A DNA stretch of 64,000 nt from an uncultured Gemmatimonadales bacterium (GCA_963795085.1 CAWCFX010000004.1:384001-448000), one strand, 5' to 3'. Shown: positions 1 through 10,084, counted from the first letter of the stretch. Notes: generated by a model from the letters alone, not told the origin. Numbers and translations are program-made.

Positions 1-471
1 CGCGCCGCCCTTCAGGTCCATGGCCCGGAGCATCGGCTCCGCTCGCAGGACGCCGCGCTTGCCCAACATGCGGTGCCACCGCACATTGCGGAACATCGCG
101 AGCAGGTCGTAGAGCCACATGCCGGCGGCCAGCCGCCAGAAGAAGAGCCGGCCCTTCCGGTGGACCGGAAAAATAAAGGGAATCGGGCGGACCAGGTGGG
201 GGGCGATGGAAAGCAGTATCCGCCGTTCCCGGCTGGCCTCGAAGACCAGCCGGAGTTCACCCTGCTCCAGGTAACGGAGACCGCCATGAATCAGCCGGCT
301 GGACCGGGAACTGGTCCCCGAACCGAGATCGTACTGCTCGACCAGGATGGTCCGGAGGCCCCGCATGGCGGCATCCCGGGCGATGCCGGCGCCGGTGATA
401 CCGCCGCCGATCACCAGGAGATCCACCGGCTGCGCCGCCAGTTCCTGCAGTTCCGCCCTTCGTGAGGTCAT
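1..471 (-). CDS. glpD: FAD-dependent glycerol-3-phosphate dehydrogenase, N-terminal part (runs off window edge)
   Basis: Not in the ORF track. Manual translation from ATG at 471 gives MTSRRAELQELAAQPVDLLVIGGGITGAGIARDAAMRGL...SGTSSRSSRLIHGGLRYLE, the GlpD signature, open to position 1. Confidence 0.93.
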   Translation of the reverse strand, partial: MTSRRAELQELAAQPVDLLVIGGGITGAGIARDAAMRGLRTILVEQYDLGSGTSSRSSRLIHGGLRYLEQGELRLVFEASRERRILLSIAPHLVRPIPFIFPVHRKGRLFFWRLAAGMWLYDLLAMFRNVRWHRMLGKRGVLRAEPMLRAMDLKGGA

Positions 472-477
472 AGTCCC

Positions 478-1026
478 GTGCCCCCTTCGCCCGTTTCCCG
501 GCTTCCGCTCCCCAGCACCTGGTACACCTGGCATGACTCCCTGATTCGCCAGGGCATGAAGGTACTGGATATCGCCTGCGGGGAGGGGCGCCACAGCCTG
601 GCCGCTGCCGCACGGGGAGCCCAGGTCACCGCCCTCGACCGGGACGGGGACAAACTGGAGACCGGACGGGGGCTCGCCGAGGGCGAAGGCCTGCAGATAG
701 ACTGGCGGGCGGTGGATCTCGAAGCCGAATGGCCCGAGCTGGGGGTGTTCGACGCGGTACTGGTCTTCAATTACCTGGACCGGGCCCGGATGCCGCAGGT
801 CATCGAGCGGGTGGCCCCCGGAGGGCTGCTGTTCATGGAAACCTTCCTGACGGTGCAGCGCACCTTCGGCTGGGGCCCCAGTAACGACGATTACCTGCTC
901 AAGCCCGGAGAACTTGCCCGGTTGATCGCCCCGCTGGAGATCATCCACGGGCGGGAAGTCATCGAACCGGTGGACACCGACCGCTGGAAAGCGGTCGCGG
1001 GAATAGTAGCGGTGAAACGGACTTGA
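478..1026 (+). CDS. Class I SAM-dependent methyltransferase (TehB-like)
   Basis: VLDIACGEGRHS motif I, ALDRD motif II, FDAVLVFNYL and APGGLL; start uncertain. Confidence 0.8.
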   Translation: MPPSPVSRLPLPSTWYTWHDSLIRQGMKVLDIACGEGRHSLAAAARGAQVTALDRDGDKLETGRGLAEGEGLQIDWRAVDLEAEWPELGVFDAVLVFNYLDRARMPQVIERVAPGGLLFMETFLTVQRTFGWGPSNDDYLLKPGELARLIAPLEIIHGREVIEPVDTDRWKAVAGIVAVKRT

Positions 1027-1030
1027 TGAA

Positions 1031-1158
1031 ACAGTGGGACAGTGGGACAGTGGGACAGTGGGCAGTGGGTCAGTGGGTCAGTGGGTCAGTGGGTCAGTGG
1101 GACAGTGGGACAGTGGGACAGTGGGTCAGTGGGACAGGGGGGGCAAGGGGGCAGTGGG
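1031..1158 (+). repeat. Tandem 8-bp repeat (A/T)CAGTGGG, about 13 copies plus one degenerate copy
   Basis: Directly visible 1031-1133; further CAGTGGG at 1152-1158. Confidence 0.95.
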
Positions 1159-1170
1159 ACGGTGCTGGTT

Positions 1171-1399
1171 TGCCGGTTCTTGTGGGCGCTCGCCCTGACT
1201 GGTACCACAAAGCACCAAGACTGGAAGAACAAGAAAAAGAGCTTACTGAGCCAACCTGGTTCTTGTTTCTTTTGCTTCGTGTTTTGTAGTTCCATCCAGG
1301 GCTGGTTCGCGAGACGGGCTTGCCGGTTTCTTTCGGACTCCGCCCTGACAGATACAACACAGCACGACATTTCTCTATGTTTCGTGTTTTGTAGTACCG
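1171..1399. repeat. Two-unit imperfect palindromic (REP/MITE-like) element
   Basis: TTCGTGTTTTGTAGT at 1276-1290 and 1381-1395, each preceded by an imperfect complementary arm (TACCACAAAGCACCAA; TACAACACAGCACGA) and by TGCCGGTT...CGCCCTGAC. Confidence 0.7.
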
Positions 1400-1518
1400 G
1401 TGTAGTTTGGGGGAGCCATGATCTGCTCCTCACTAAGGACTTCGCCGATGGCCCCCCAATCCGCCTTCTGTCCTCGTGCCGCCGGCGGGGTTTCCGCCTG
1501 CTGGCCTGACCGGCGGGC

Positions 1519-2817
1519 ATGACCCTTCCCCCTCCTGGAAGACGAGCCGCGATCATCGCCGGAGTCCGCACGCCGTTTGCCCGCAGCGGCACCCAGCTGG
1601 CGGAGGTGCCCGCCGTGGACCTGGCCCGCCACGCCGCCCGGGACCTGCTGCTCCGGACCGGGATGGATGGCGCCGAGATTGACGAGGTGATCTGGGCCCA
1701 GGTGGTTCCCTCCGTGCTCACGCCTAACGTGGCCCGCGAAGTGAGCCTGCTGCCCCAGTTGCCCCGCTCGGTACCCGCCTACACGCTCAACCGGGCCTGC
1801 GCGTCCGGTGCCCTGGCCGTGAGCAACGCGGTGGACCAGATAACCCGCGGCTACGCCGACGTGATCCTCACCGGCGGGGTCGAGTCCCTCTCCGACATTC
1901 CCATTCTCCACTCCCGGCGCTTCAGCCGGATCCTGGTCGAGGCCGGCAAGGCAAAAACCCTGGGCGCGCGGCTGGGCGCCTTCGCGCGGGTCCGGCCCCG
2001 GGACTTCGTGCCGCTGACGCCCGCCATCGCGGAGCCCTCCACCGGCGAGTCCATGGGCCAGTCGGCCGAGAAGATGGCCAAGGAGAACGGCATCCCGCGG
2101 GAGGACCAGGACCGGATCGCCCTGATGAGCCACCAGCGGGCCGCCGCGGGGACCAGTGATGGGCGGCTCACCGCGGAGATTGTGCCCTGGTTTGGCGGGG
2201 CGGACATGACCGAGGTCATCACCAGTGACAACGGTATCCGGTCCGACACGTCGATGGAGAAACTCGCCCAGCTCAAGCCGGTATTTGACCGGAAGTATGG
2301 CACGGTGACAGCGGGCAACGCGTCTCCCCTGACCGACGGGGCTTCCAGCGTGCTGGTCATGGCCGAGGAAAAGGCGCTGGCGCTGGGCTATCGGCCGCTG
2401 GCTTCCGTCCGGAGCTACGCGGTGGCGGCCGTGGACCCCGGCTGGCAGTTGTTGATGGGCCCTGCCTACGCCGTGCCCAAGGCGCTCGACCGGGCCGGCA
2501 TTACCTGGAAGGACCTGGGCCTGGTGGAGATCCACGAGGCGTTCGCCGCCCAGGTGCTTTCCAATATCCAGGCCTGGGCATCGAAACAGTGGGCCGCCAA
2601 GCTGGGCCGCAGCGAGCCGGTGGGCGAGGTGAATTGGGACATCACCAACGTCATGGGCGGGTCCATTGCCATCGGTCATCCGTTCGGCGCCACCGGTGGG
2701 CGCATCATTACCACCCTGGCCAACGAAATGGCGCGGCGCGACGTGCAGTTCGGGCTGGTCTCCATCTGCGCCCAGGGCGGGATGGGGTTGGCGATGGTGC
2801 TGGAACGGACGGCATGA
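1519..2817 (+). CDS. fadI: 3-ketoacyl-CoA thiolase (FadI type)
   Basis: GVRTPF, NRACASG catalytic Cys, EIHEAFAAQ, GHPFGATG, CAQGG; adjacent to fadJ. Confidence 0.9.
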   Translation: MTLPPPGRRAAIIAGVRTPFARSGTQLAEVPAVDLARHAARDLLLRTGMDGAEIDEVIWAQVVPSVLTPNVAREVSLLPQLPRSVPAYTLNRACASGALAVSNAVDQITRGYADVILTGGVESLSDIPILHSRRFSRILVEAGKAKTLGARLGAFARVRPRDFVPLTPAIAEPSTGESMGQSAEKMAKENGIPREDQDRIALMSHQRAAAGTSDGRLTAEIVPWFGGADMTEVITSDNGIRSDTSMEKLAQLKPVFDRKYGTVTAGNASPLTDGASSVLVMAEEKALALGYRPLASVRSYAVAAVDPGWQLLMGPAYAVPKALDRAGITWKDLGLVEIHEAFAAQVLSNIQAWASKQWAAKLGRSEPVGEVNWDITNVMGGSIAIGHPFGATGGRIITTLANEMARRDVQFGLVSICAQGGMGLAMVLERTA

Positions 2818-2818
2818 C

Positions 2819-4960
2819 ATGACCGCTTTCTCCGTCGCGAATGAAAACGGCATCGCCGTCCTCACCTTTGACCTGCCCGGAGAGCCGGTCAACAAGCTGA
2901 ATGGCGCGGTGAAGGCGGAGTTCGAGGCGCTGATGGGCCAGCTTGGCGAGGACGGCACGGTGCGCGCGGTGGTGCTGATCTCCGGCAAGCCGGATATTTT
3001 CATCGCCGGCGCGGATATCGAAGAGTTCACCGAGCTGGCCACCCAGGCGGAGGCGGAAGCGCTGAGCCGGGAAGGCCAGGAGATGGTGGACCGGGTGGAC
3101 CGCTTTCCCAAGCCCGTCATCGCCGCCATTCACGGCGCCTGCCTGGGCGGCGGACTGGAGCTGGCCCTGGCCTGCGACTACCGGCTCGCCACCGAGCATC
3201 CCAAGACCCAGCTCGGGCTTCCCGAAGTGCAACTGGGTTTGCTGCCCGGGGCCGGCGGCTGCCAGCGGCTGCCCCGCCTGATCGGAGCGAGCGCGGCGCT
3301 GGGCATGATCCTCCCCGGAAAATCAGAGCGGGCGGCCAAGGCCTTCCGCCTGGGGCTGGTGGACGAGCTGGTTCACCCGGCGATGCTCCGCCAGTTGGCC
3401 ATCGCGGCAGCCGAGCGCGCGACGGCGAGGGGAGTCCCCAATCGCCGCCGTAAGGGCGGGATCAAGGCCTGGCTCCTGGACGGCAATCCGCTCGGCCGCC
3501 AACTGGTGTACGCCGGCGCCCGCAAACAGGTGCTCAAGACCACCCACGGCCACTACCCGGCGCCGCTGGCTGCCCTCGAAGTGGTGAAGACCGGCCTGGA
3601 GCAGGGCATGGCGAAGGGGCTGGAGCTGGAGCATCAGAAGTTCGGTGAGCTGGCGATGAGCCGGGTCTCCCGCAACCTGGTCCAGCTCTTCTTTGCCACC
3701 ACCGCGCTCAAGAAGGACACCGGGCTTTCTCCCGGCATTGAGGCGGTGCCGGTCACCGTGGACCGGCTGGGCATCATGGGCGCCGGCTTCATGGGCGCGG
3801 GCATTGCCGGCACCGCGGCGGCTACCGCGAAGGTGCAGGTGGGCCTCAAGGACACCGACCTGGCCCGCGTGGGCAAGGGAATCAAGTCCGCCGTCGAGAT
3901 CCTGGCCGCCCGGCTCAAGCGCCGCCGCATCACGAAGTACGAATTCACCCGGCTCCGCTCTCTGGTCTATGGTTCGAACGACTGGTATGTGGTGCGCGAC
4001 GCGGACCTGGTCATCGAAGCGGTGTTCGAAGACCTCGAGGTGAAGCGCGGAGTGCTGGCCGAGGTCGAGCGCCACACCCGCCCGGACGCCATCTTCGCGA
4101 CTAACACCTCCACGATTCCCATCGGCGCCATCGCCGCCGGCGCGGCGCGGCCGGAGCGGGTGCTCGGCATGCACTTTTTCTCCCCGGTCGAGAAGATGCC
4201 GCTGCTGGAAGTCATCCCGACCGAGCAGTCGAGCGCGGAGACCATCGCCACCGCGGTGGATTTCGGCCGCAAGATGGGCAAGACCGTCATCGTGGTGCGG
4301 GACCACCCGGGGTTCTGGGTCAACCGGATCCTGACGCCATATCTCAATGAGGCCGCGCACCTGCTGGCGGAAGGGGTGCCCATCGAGCTGATCGACTCCA
4401 CCATGGTGAAGTGGGGATTCCCCGTGGGGCCCGTCACCCTGCTGGACGAGGTTGGGCTCGATGTCGCGGCCAAGGCGGGAAAGGTGATGCACGAGGCCTT
4501 CGGCGAGCGGCTCCGGCCCAATGACGTGGTCAGCCGGATGACCGCGGACAACCGGCTGGGCCGGAAGAACGGGCGGGGCTTCTACCACTACCATAAGGGT
4601 CACAAGACCGGGGTGGATGACAAGACCTGGGAAATCCTCGGCGTGCACAAGCAGGAGAAAAGCTCGCCGGTCACCATCGTGCAGCGGCTGGTGTACATCA
4701 TGCTGAACGAGGCCGCTATGGCGGCGGACGACCGGGTGGTGCGAAGCCCGCGGGACGGCGATATCGGCGCCATCTTCGGGATCGGCTATCCGCCGTTTCG
4801 GGGCGGGCCGCTTCGCTACATGGACGAACTGGGCGCCGTCAACGTGGTGGACACCCTGCGGCAGCTGGCCACGGCCTATGGCGAGCGGTTTACCCCGGCG
4901 CCCAGCCTGGTCGAGATGGCCACCGAGGCCCGCCGGTACTATCCCGATTCAGCGAGCTGA
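2819..4960 (+). CDS. fadJ: Fatty acid oxidation complex subunit alpha (enoyl-CoA hydratase / 3-hydroxyacyl-CoA dehydrogenase)
   Basis: FIAGADI, GACLGGGLELALAC, GAGFMGAGIA, NTSTIP, GMHFFSPVEKMPLLE; ATG at 2819 just after the fadI stop. Confidence 0.92.
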   Translation: MTAFSVANENGIAVLTFDLPGEPVNKLNGAVKAEFEALMGQLGEDGTVRAVVLISGKPDIFIAGADIEEFTELATQAEAEALSREGQEMVDRVDRFPKPVIAAIHGACLGGGLELALACDYRLATEHPKTQLGLPEVQLGLLPGAGGCQRLPRLIGASAALGMILPGKSERAAKAFRLGLVDELVHPAMLRQLAIAAAERATARGVPNRRRKGGIKAWLLDGNPLGRQLVYAGARKQVLKTTHGHYPAPLAALEVVKTGLEQGMAKGLELEHQKFGELAMSRVSRNLVQLFFATTALKKDTGLSPGIEAVPVTVDRLGIMGAGFMGAGIAGTAAATAKVQVGLKDTDLARVGKGIKSAVEILAARLKRRRITKYEFTRLRSLVYGSNDWYVVRDADLVIEAVFEDLEVKRGVLAEVERHTRPDAIFATNTSTIPIGAIAAGAARPERVLGMHFFSPVEKMPLLEVIPTEQSSAETIATAVDFGRKMGKTVIVVRDHPGFWVNRILTPYLNEAAHLLAEGVPIELIDSTMVKWGFPVGPVTLLDEVGLDVAAKAGKVMHEAFGERLRPNDVVSRMTADNRLGRKNGRGFYHYHKGHKTGVDDKTWEILGVHKQEKSSPVTIVQRLVYIMLNEAAMAADDRVVRSPRDGDIGAIFGIGYPPFRGGPLRYMDELGAVNVVDTLRQLATAYGERFTPAPSLVEMATEARRYYPDSAS

Positions 4961-5059
4961 TCCGCCCGCACCGCGCGGAGTTCGGAAACCCGGCGGCCCG
5001 GTGCACCGTATTTTCCCTGCCGGGCCCTGCTCACCTCTGCCATCCTTCTCAGGACCCCG

Positions 5060-6556
5060 ATGCTTTTCCAAATCGCGCGACCGCTGCTGCTGTCGATGGC
5101 CGTATCGTCCGTACTCTGGTCGCAGGAAAATTCCCTGCAGTCCTACCAGCGGGCCCGGCGCGCGCTCGACGCTTCGATCCAGGCCATGGGCGGTCTGGAA
5201 CGGCTCCGCGGCATCAACACGGTGCTGGTCCGGCACGAAGGGCAGGGCATCTGGCGGAACCAGAGCCCGCGGGCGGTTGCTCCCTGGGCCTCCACGCCGG
5301 CCAGCGGACTGCTCGCCATCGATTTCCGGGGATACCGGCTCTTCTGGGACGTCGCCACGGCCTTTCCGGGTGGGTTCAACAATCGAAGTCAGCTGATGAT
5401 CAGCCCCGCCGAGGGATGGGGCGCCAGTCCCTATGAGCGGCGCTGGTTCACGGTGCCTAATCCAAACATCAACAACAACCGCAACCTGCTGCGCCGGCTG
5501 CCGCATTACCTCCTGCTCGAAGCGCTCGACCGGCCGGCGCACCTGCGCTGGCAGGGCGCCGGCAGCTACCGTGGCCGCCCCCAGGACATCATTGCCTTCG
5601 CCGCGTCCGACGGCCAACTGTTCTCCCTCTTCCTGGACCGGGAGACGCACCTGCCTGCCAAGTACGAGCAACTGGTCAGCGACCCGCAGACGGGGGACGC
5701 CATACTGGAAGTCGCCTGGCCGAGCTATCGGCAGGTGGACGGGGTCCAGGTACCTTCGGGACGGCTGCTGCGGCGGGCCGGAGAGGACGCCGAAAATGTC
5801 CGGTTCACCGGGTTTACCATCAACGAACCGCTGCCGGACAGTTTGTTTCAGAAGCCCTCGGGGTATGCTGACGGAACCGGGGGGCCCACGGCCGATACCA
5901 CGGTGCGAAAACTGGCGGACGACGTCTATGCCGTGCAGGGCGTGGCGGGCGGCAACACCTCGCTGGTGGTGGGGCTCGACGATTACGTGCTGGTGGTCGA
6001 GGCTTATGGCAGCGATGCCGCCTCCCGGAGGACCATAGGCAAGATCCGCGAGATCTATCCGTCCCGGCCCATTCGCTACCTGGTGCCCACCCATCATCAC
6101 GATGATCACACCGGCGGCGTGCGGGCCTTCATCGCCGAAGGGGCAGCGATCGTGACCACCCCGGGGAACCGGGCATTCTTCGAAGCGATGAGCCGGGGCG
6201 TCTTCACCCTGGTTCCGGATGCCCTCACCCTGAGCCCCCGGCCGCTCCGGCTGGAGATGGTGACCGGCAAGCGGCGCGTCTTCCGCGATGCCGCGCACGA
6301 AGTACAGGTCATCGATATCGGCCCCAGCCCCCACGCCGACGAAATGCTGGTGGTGTACCTGCCCCGGGAGAAGATCCTGGTCCAGGGGGACCTGCTCAAT
6401 CTGCCCGTGGGGCGCATGCGGGCCGGCAACCTGACGACGGTCCACTTCGCGGAGTGGCTGGCCGGTTCCGGCCTGGAGGTGGAGACCATCGTACCGGTCC
6501 ACGGGCCGATTCACACGCCGGCGGAACTGCGGCAGGCGGTGGAGATGATGAGGTAA
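5060..6556 (+). CDS. Secreted MBL-fold metallo-hydrolase
   Basis: Signal peptide; THHHDDHTGG (HxHxDH), SPHAD, QGDL and PVHG motifs in the C-terminal half. Confidence 0.8.
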   Translation: MLFQIARPLLLSMAVSSVLWSQENSLQSYQRARRALDASIQAMGGLERLRGINTVLVRHEGQGIWRNQSPRAVAPWASTPASGLLAIDFRGYRLFWDVATAFPGGFNNRSQLMISPAEGWGASPYERRWFTVPNPNINNNRNLLRRLPHYLLLEALDRPAHLRWQGAGSYRGRPQDIIAFAASDGQLFSLFLDRETHLPAKYEQLVSDPQTGDAILEVAWPSYRQVDGVQVPSGRLLRRAGEDAENVRFTGFTINEPLPDSLFQKPSGYADGTGGPTADTTVRKLADDVYAVQGVAGGNTSLVVGLDDYVLVVEAYGSDAASRRTIGKIREIYPSRPIRYLVPTHHHDDHTGGVRAFIAEGAAIVTTPGNRAFFEAMSRGVFTLVPDALTLSPRPLRLEMVTGKRRVFRDAAHEVQVIDIGPSPHADEMLVVYLPREKILVQGDLLNLPVGRMRAGNLTTVHFAEWLAGSGLEVETIVPVHGPIHTPAELRQAVEMMR

Positions 6557-6680
6557 GAGGGGCCGGGGGCCGGCAAGTTCCGGGGGACTTTCGGACCCCC
6601 GCCGGCCCCCCTGGCGCTCTTCCCAGGGCCCCCCGGCCCCCTGACCTACTCCTGCCCTCTGGCCCCCTTAGTTTCCCCCC

Positions 6681-8957
6681 ATGCCCGACTCCCTGGACCG
6701 GCTGCGTAAAGGGCTCGCCTCCCGCTATCACATCGAGAGCGAGATTGGCCGGGGCGGCATGGCGACGGTGTATCTCGCGGAAGATCTCAAGCACAGCCGC
6801 AAGGTGGCGATCAAGGTGCTCCGCGGCGAGGTGGCCGCCCGGAGCGAGCCGGAGCGGTTTCTCCGCGAGATCCGGATCGCGGCCCGGCTGACCCACCCCA
6901 ACATCCTGCCGCTCTACGACTCCGGCGAACTGGACGGACGATTCTACTATGTGATGCCGTTCCTCGGCTGCGAAAGCCTGCGCACCCGGATGGACCGGGA
7001 GGGGCGGCTGCCGGTCGATGAGACCGTGCGCATCGCCCGCATGGTGGCGGAGGGTCTTGATTACGCCCACCGGCAGGGCGTCATCCACCGCGACATCAAG
7101 CCGGAAAACATCATGCTGCTGGAGGAGCAGCCGGTGGTCACCGATTTCGGCATCGCCCGGGCGCTCTCCGCTGCCGATTCGACCGGCGACAGCCTGACCG
7201 GCGCCGGCTTCGCCGTCGGCACCCCGGTGTACATGAGCCCCGAGCAGGCGGGTGCGCCCGGCCCGGTGGATGGCCGCAGCGACCAGTACAGCCTCGCGTG
7301 CGTGGTCTTCGAGATGCTGGCCGGCCGTCCGCCCTTCCAGGGCGCCAACGTGCTGGCTACCCTGGCGCGGCACGCGACGGAGCCGCCGCCCCGGATCCGG
7401 GAAGCGACGCTCGGGGTGCCCCTCGCAGTGGAACACGCGCTGCTCCGGGCGCTGGCCAAGGACCCGGCCCACCGCTTCCCCACCATCGGGCACTTCGTGC
7501 GGGGGCTGACCGGACCGGCGATCTCCTCCGCCTCGCTGGAGACGGCCGGCGACCAGCGGCGTCCGACCGCGATCGCCGTGCTTCCCTTCGTCAATGCCAG
7601 TTCTGACCCGGCCAACGAGTATTTCAGCGACGGCATCACCGACGAGCTGATCAACGCGCTCTCCAAGGTCGAGGGTCTCACGGTGGTGTCCCGCACCTCG
7701 GCCTTCGCGTACAAGGGCAAGGCGCTCGATATCCGCACCATCGGGAGCCAGCTGGGCGCCACGGTCCTCCTCGAAGGCACCGTGCGCCGGTTCGGTGACC
7801 GGCTCCGGATTACCGCCCAGCTGATCAGCGTCCAGGACGGCCAGCTGCTCTGGTCGGAGAAGTACGATCGCCGCTCGGAGGACCTGTTCCAGATCCAGGA
7901 CGAGATTGCCGCGACCATCGTCGGCACCATGCGCGCCACCCTGGTGCGTACCCTGGGAGAACCGGAGCCGAGGAGCTACACCCCCAGTCTCGAGGCGTGG
8001 AACCTGTACCTCAAGGGACGCTACTACTGGAACATGCGGACCTTTGAAGGAGTGCAGGAAGCGATCCGCCACTTCGAAGCGGCCATCCGGGAGGATCCCC
8101 GGTTCGCGCTGGCCTACACCGGGCTCGCCGACAGCCACGCCCTGGGCGTGGACTACAGCGACGCCCCGGTCAGTGCCGGCCTGACCCGCGCCAAGGAGGA
8201 GGCGCTCAAGGCGCTGGCCCTGGACGACACGCTGGCCGAGGCCCATGCCTCGCTGGCCTGGGTGGCGTTCATTCACGAATGGGACTGGGAGACTGCCGGC
8301 CGGGAATACCGCCGAGCCATCGAGCTGGACCCCCGCTATCCCACGGCCCGGCAGTGGTACGCCTGGTACCTGATGGCCATGGGCCGGATGGGAGATGCCC
8401 TGGCCGAAGGGCGGCAGGCGGTGCACCTGGACCCCGCGTCCATTTCGATCCGGCGCAGCCTGGGGTGGGCGTACTACTACGCACGCGATGCCCATGCCGC
8501 GATCGACCACCTGCGCAAAGCCGTCATCGCGAACCCGACCCAGCACGAGACCCATTACATCCTGGGCCAGGCCCTCATGATGAAGGGCAACTACGGGCAG
8601 GCCCGGGCGGCGTTCGTGGAGGCGGCGGGTCCTGGTCGCCGGCACGCCAACGCCCTGTCCGCGATCGGGCGGGTGGCGGTGCTGGAGGGCAACGTCGCGG
8701 AAGCACGCGGCATCCTCGACGAGCTGTATACCCGGGCCCAGGAGCGCTACGTGTCCCCGGTGGATTTCGTCAAGCTCCACAACCAGCTGGGAGATACCGA
8801 CCGGGTGTTTGAGTGGATGGACCGGGCGTACGAGGACCGGCGGGGCTGGCTGGTCTACCTCAACGTGGAACCGGCGGTGGATAACCTGCGCGACGATCCG
8901 CGCTTCCAGGCGCTCTTGCGGAAAATGCGGCTGGACGGGGGGAGAGGTGAGAGGTGA
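6681..8957 (+). CDS. Ser/Thr protein kinase with TolB-like and TPR domains
   Basis: GRGGMATVY, VAIKVL, HRDIKPEN, DFG, GTPVYMSPE; IAVLPFVN...YFSDGITDELI; TPR repeats. Confidence 0.93.
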   Translation: MPDSLDRLRKGLASRYHIESEIGRGGMATVYLAEDLKHSRKVAIKVLRGEVAARSEPERFLREIRIAARLTHPNILPLYDSGELDGRFYYVMPFLGCESLRTRMDREGRLPVDETVRIARMVAEGLDYAHRQGVIHRDIKPENIMLLEEQPVVTDFGIARALSAADSTGDSLTGAGFAVGTPVYMSPEQAGAPGPVDGRSDQYSLACVVFEMLAGRPPFQGANVLATLARHATEPPPRIREATLGVPLAVEHALLRALAKDPAHRFPTIGHFVRGLTGPAISSASLETAGDQRRPTAIAVLPFVNASSDPANEYFSDGITDELINALSKVEGLTVVSRTSAFAYKGKALDIRTIGSQLGATVLLEGTVRRFGDRLRITAQLISVQDGQLLWSEKYDRRSEDLFQIQDEIAATIVGTMRATLVRTLGEPEPRSYTPSLEAWNLYLKGRYYWNMRTFEGVQEAIRHFEAAIREDPRFALAYTGLADSHALGVDYSDAPVSAGLTRAKEEALKALALDDTLAEAHASLAWVAFIHEWDWETAGREYRRAIELDPRYPTARQWYAWYLMAMGRMGDALAEGRQAVHLDPASISIRRSLGWAYYYARDAHAAIDHLRKAVIANPTQHETHYILGQALMMKGNYGQARAAFVEAAGPGRRHANALSAIGRVAVLEGNVAEARGILDELYTRAQERYVSPVDFVKLHNQLGDTDRVFEWMDRAYEDRRGWLVYLNVEPAVDNLRDDPRFQALLRKMRLDGGRGER

Positions 8958-9028
8958 GAGGGATTGATCATCCATCTCACTTCTCTATTCTCACCTCTCA
9001 CCTCTCACCGCCCTTCTCACTTCTCTCC
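8943..9028. repeat. Inverted heptamer repeats (GAGAGGT / CCTCTCA) between convergent genes
   Basis: GAGAGGTGAGAGGTGAGAGG followed by TCTCACCTCTCACCTCTCACC. Confidence 0.8.
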
Positions 9029-10071
9029 TGGATGTACTCGAGTACCGCCATCTCGTCGCGGCGGAGGGCGCCGGAGGGGCGTTCCCGTTTCTGGTCAGGG
9101 GGCTGGGGGGCCACGGGCAGGGTGGAGCCCCGCAGGTACGAGGTTAGCACCACCGGGTGGATGTAATATTTTCGGCACACGGCGCGGGTGTTGCCCAGCC
9201 GCTGGGCCACCCGGTCAATCGCCGCGACCACGTTGGCTTTGGCTTCTTTCTCCGTGCGGCCCGGCCCCAGGGAACGCAGCTCGTAGGCGGCCAGCATGGT
9301 GCCGGACCAGGTGCGGAAGTCCTTGGCGGTGATCTCCCGGCCGCCGCTGGCCCGCCGGAGATACTCGTTGATGTCGCCGGCGTCGATGGTTTGCCGCTTG
9401 CCCTTTTCGTCCAGGTACTGGAACAGCTCCTGACCGGGCAGCTCCTGGCAGTGCTGCACGATCCGGGCGATTCGGCGGTCGGTGACGGCCACCGAGTGCA
9501 GCAGTCCGCTCTTGCCCCGGAAATCAAAACGGAGGGTGTGCCCGCTCACTTCCACGTGCCGGCGCCGCATGGTGGTGAGGCCATAGCTCTTGTTCTCCCG
9601 GGCGTACTCGTCGTTCCCCACCCGGATCAGGGTCTTCTCCAGGAGCCGCACTACGCTGGCGAGCACCTTGTCGCGGGGGAGGCCGGGGAGGGCCAGGTCC
9701 CGCTCTACCCGGTCCCGGAGCGTCGGCAGCAGCTCGCTGAACTCCAGCATGCGGCCGAACTTGGTCTGATCGCGGATGTCCCGGTAACGGGGATGGTAGC
9801 GGTACTGCTTTCGGCCCCGGGCGTCGCGCGCAGTCACCTGGATATGGCCCTCGGCGGAGGGACAGATCCAGACATCGGTCCAGGCCGGCGGGATTACCAG
9901 CGACCTGATCCGGGCCAGGGTGGCTTCGTCGCTGAGGGGAGCGCCGCCGGGACCGGTGTAGCTGAAACTCCGCCCTCGCCGCCGCCGCCGGATGCCGGGC
10001 AGGCTGTCGCTGACGTAGCGCAGCCCCGCCGCCTCCGCCGACGCCTCGTGCTCCCGGTTGTCTCGTGGCAT
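8998..10071 (-). CDS. Bacterial DNA topoisomerase IB (copy 1)
   Basis: IPPAWTDVWI, DARGRKQYRYH, IRVGNDEY, FRGKSG, KDFRTW, LGNTRAVCRKYY (catalytic Tyr). Confidence 0.93.
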   Translation of the reverse strand: MPRDNREHEASAEAAGLRYVSDSLPGIRRRRRGRSFSYTGPGGAPLSDEATLARIRSLVIPPAWTDVWICPSAEGHIQVTARDARGRKQYRYHPRYRDIRDQTKFGRMLEFSELLPTLRDRVERDLALPGLPRDKVLASVVRLLEKTLIRVGNDEYARENKSYGLTTMRRRHVEVSGHTLRFDFRGKSGLLHSVAVTDRRIARIVQHCQELPGQELFQYLDEKGKRQTIDAGDINEYLRRASGGREITAKDFRTWSGTMLAAYELRSLGPGRTEKEAKANVVAAIDRVAQRLGNTRAVCRKYYIHPVVLTSYLRGSTLPVAPQPPDQKRERPSGALRRDEMAVLEYIQERSEKGGER

Positions 10072-10084
10072 AGAGTCGCCGGTC

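Noticed and set aside
73..465. 130-aa plus-strand ORF
   Set aside because: Antisense shadow of glpD.
1031..1158. CRISPR array (also considered for 45008-45081 and 60319-60468)
   Set aside because: Units are 7-13 bp, directly abutting, with no unique spacers and no cas genes.
1023..1509. ORFs 1023-1289 and 1042-1509
   Set aside because: They are translations of the tandem and palindromic repeats.
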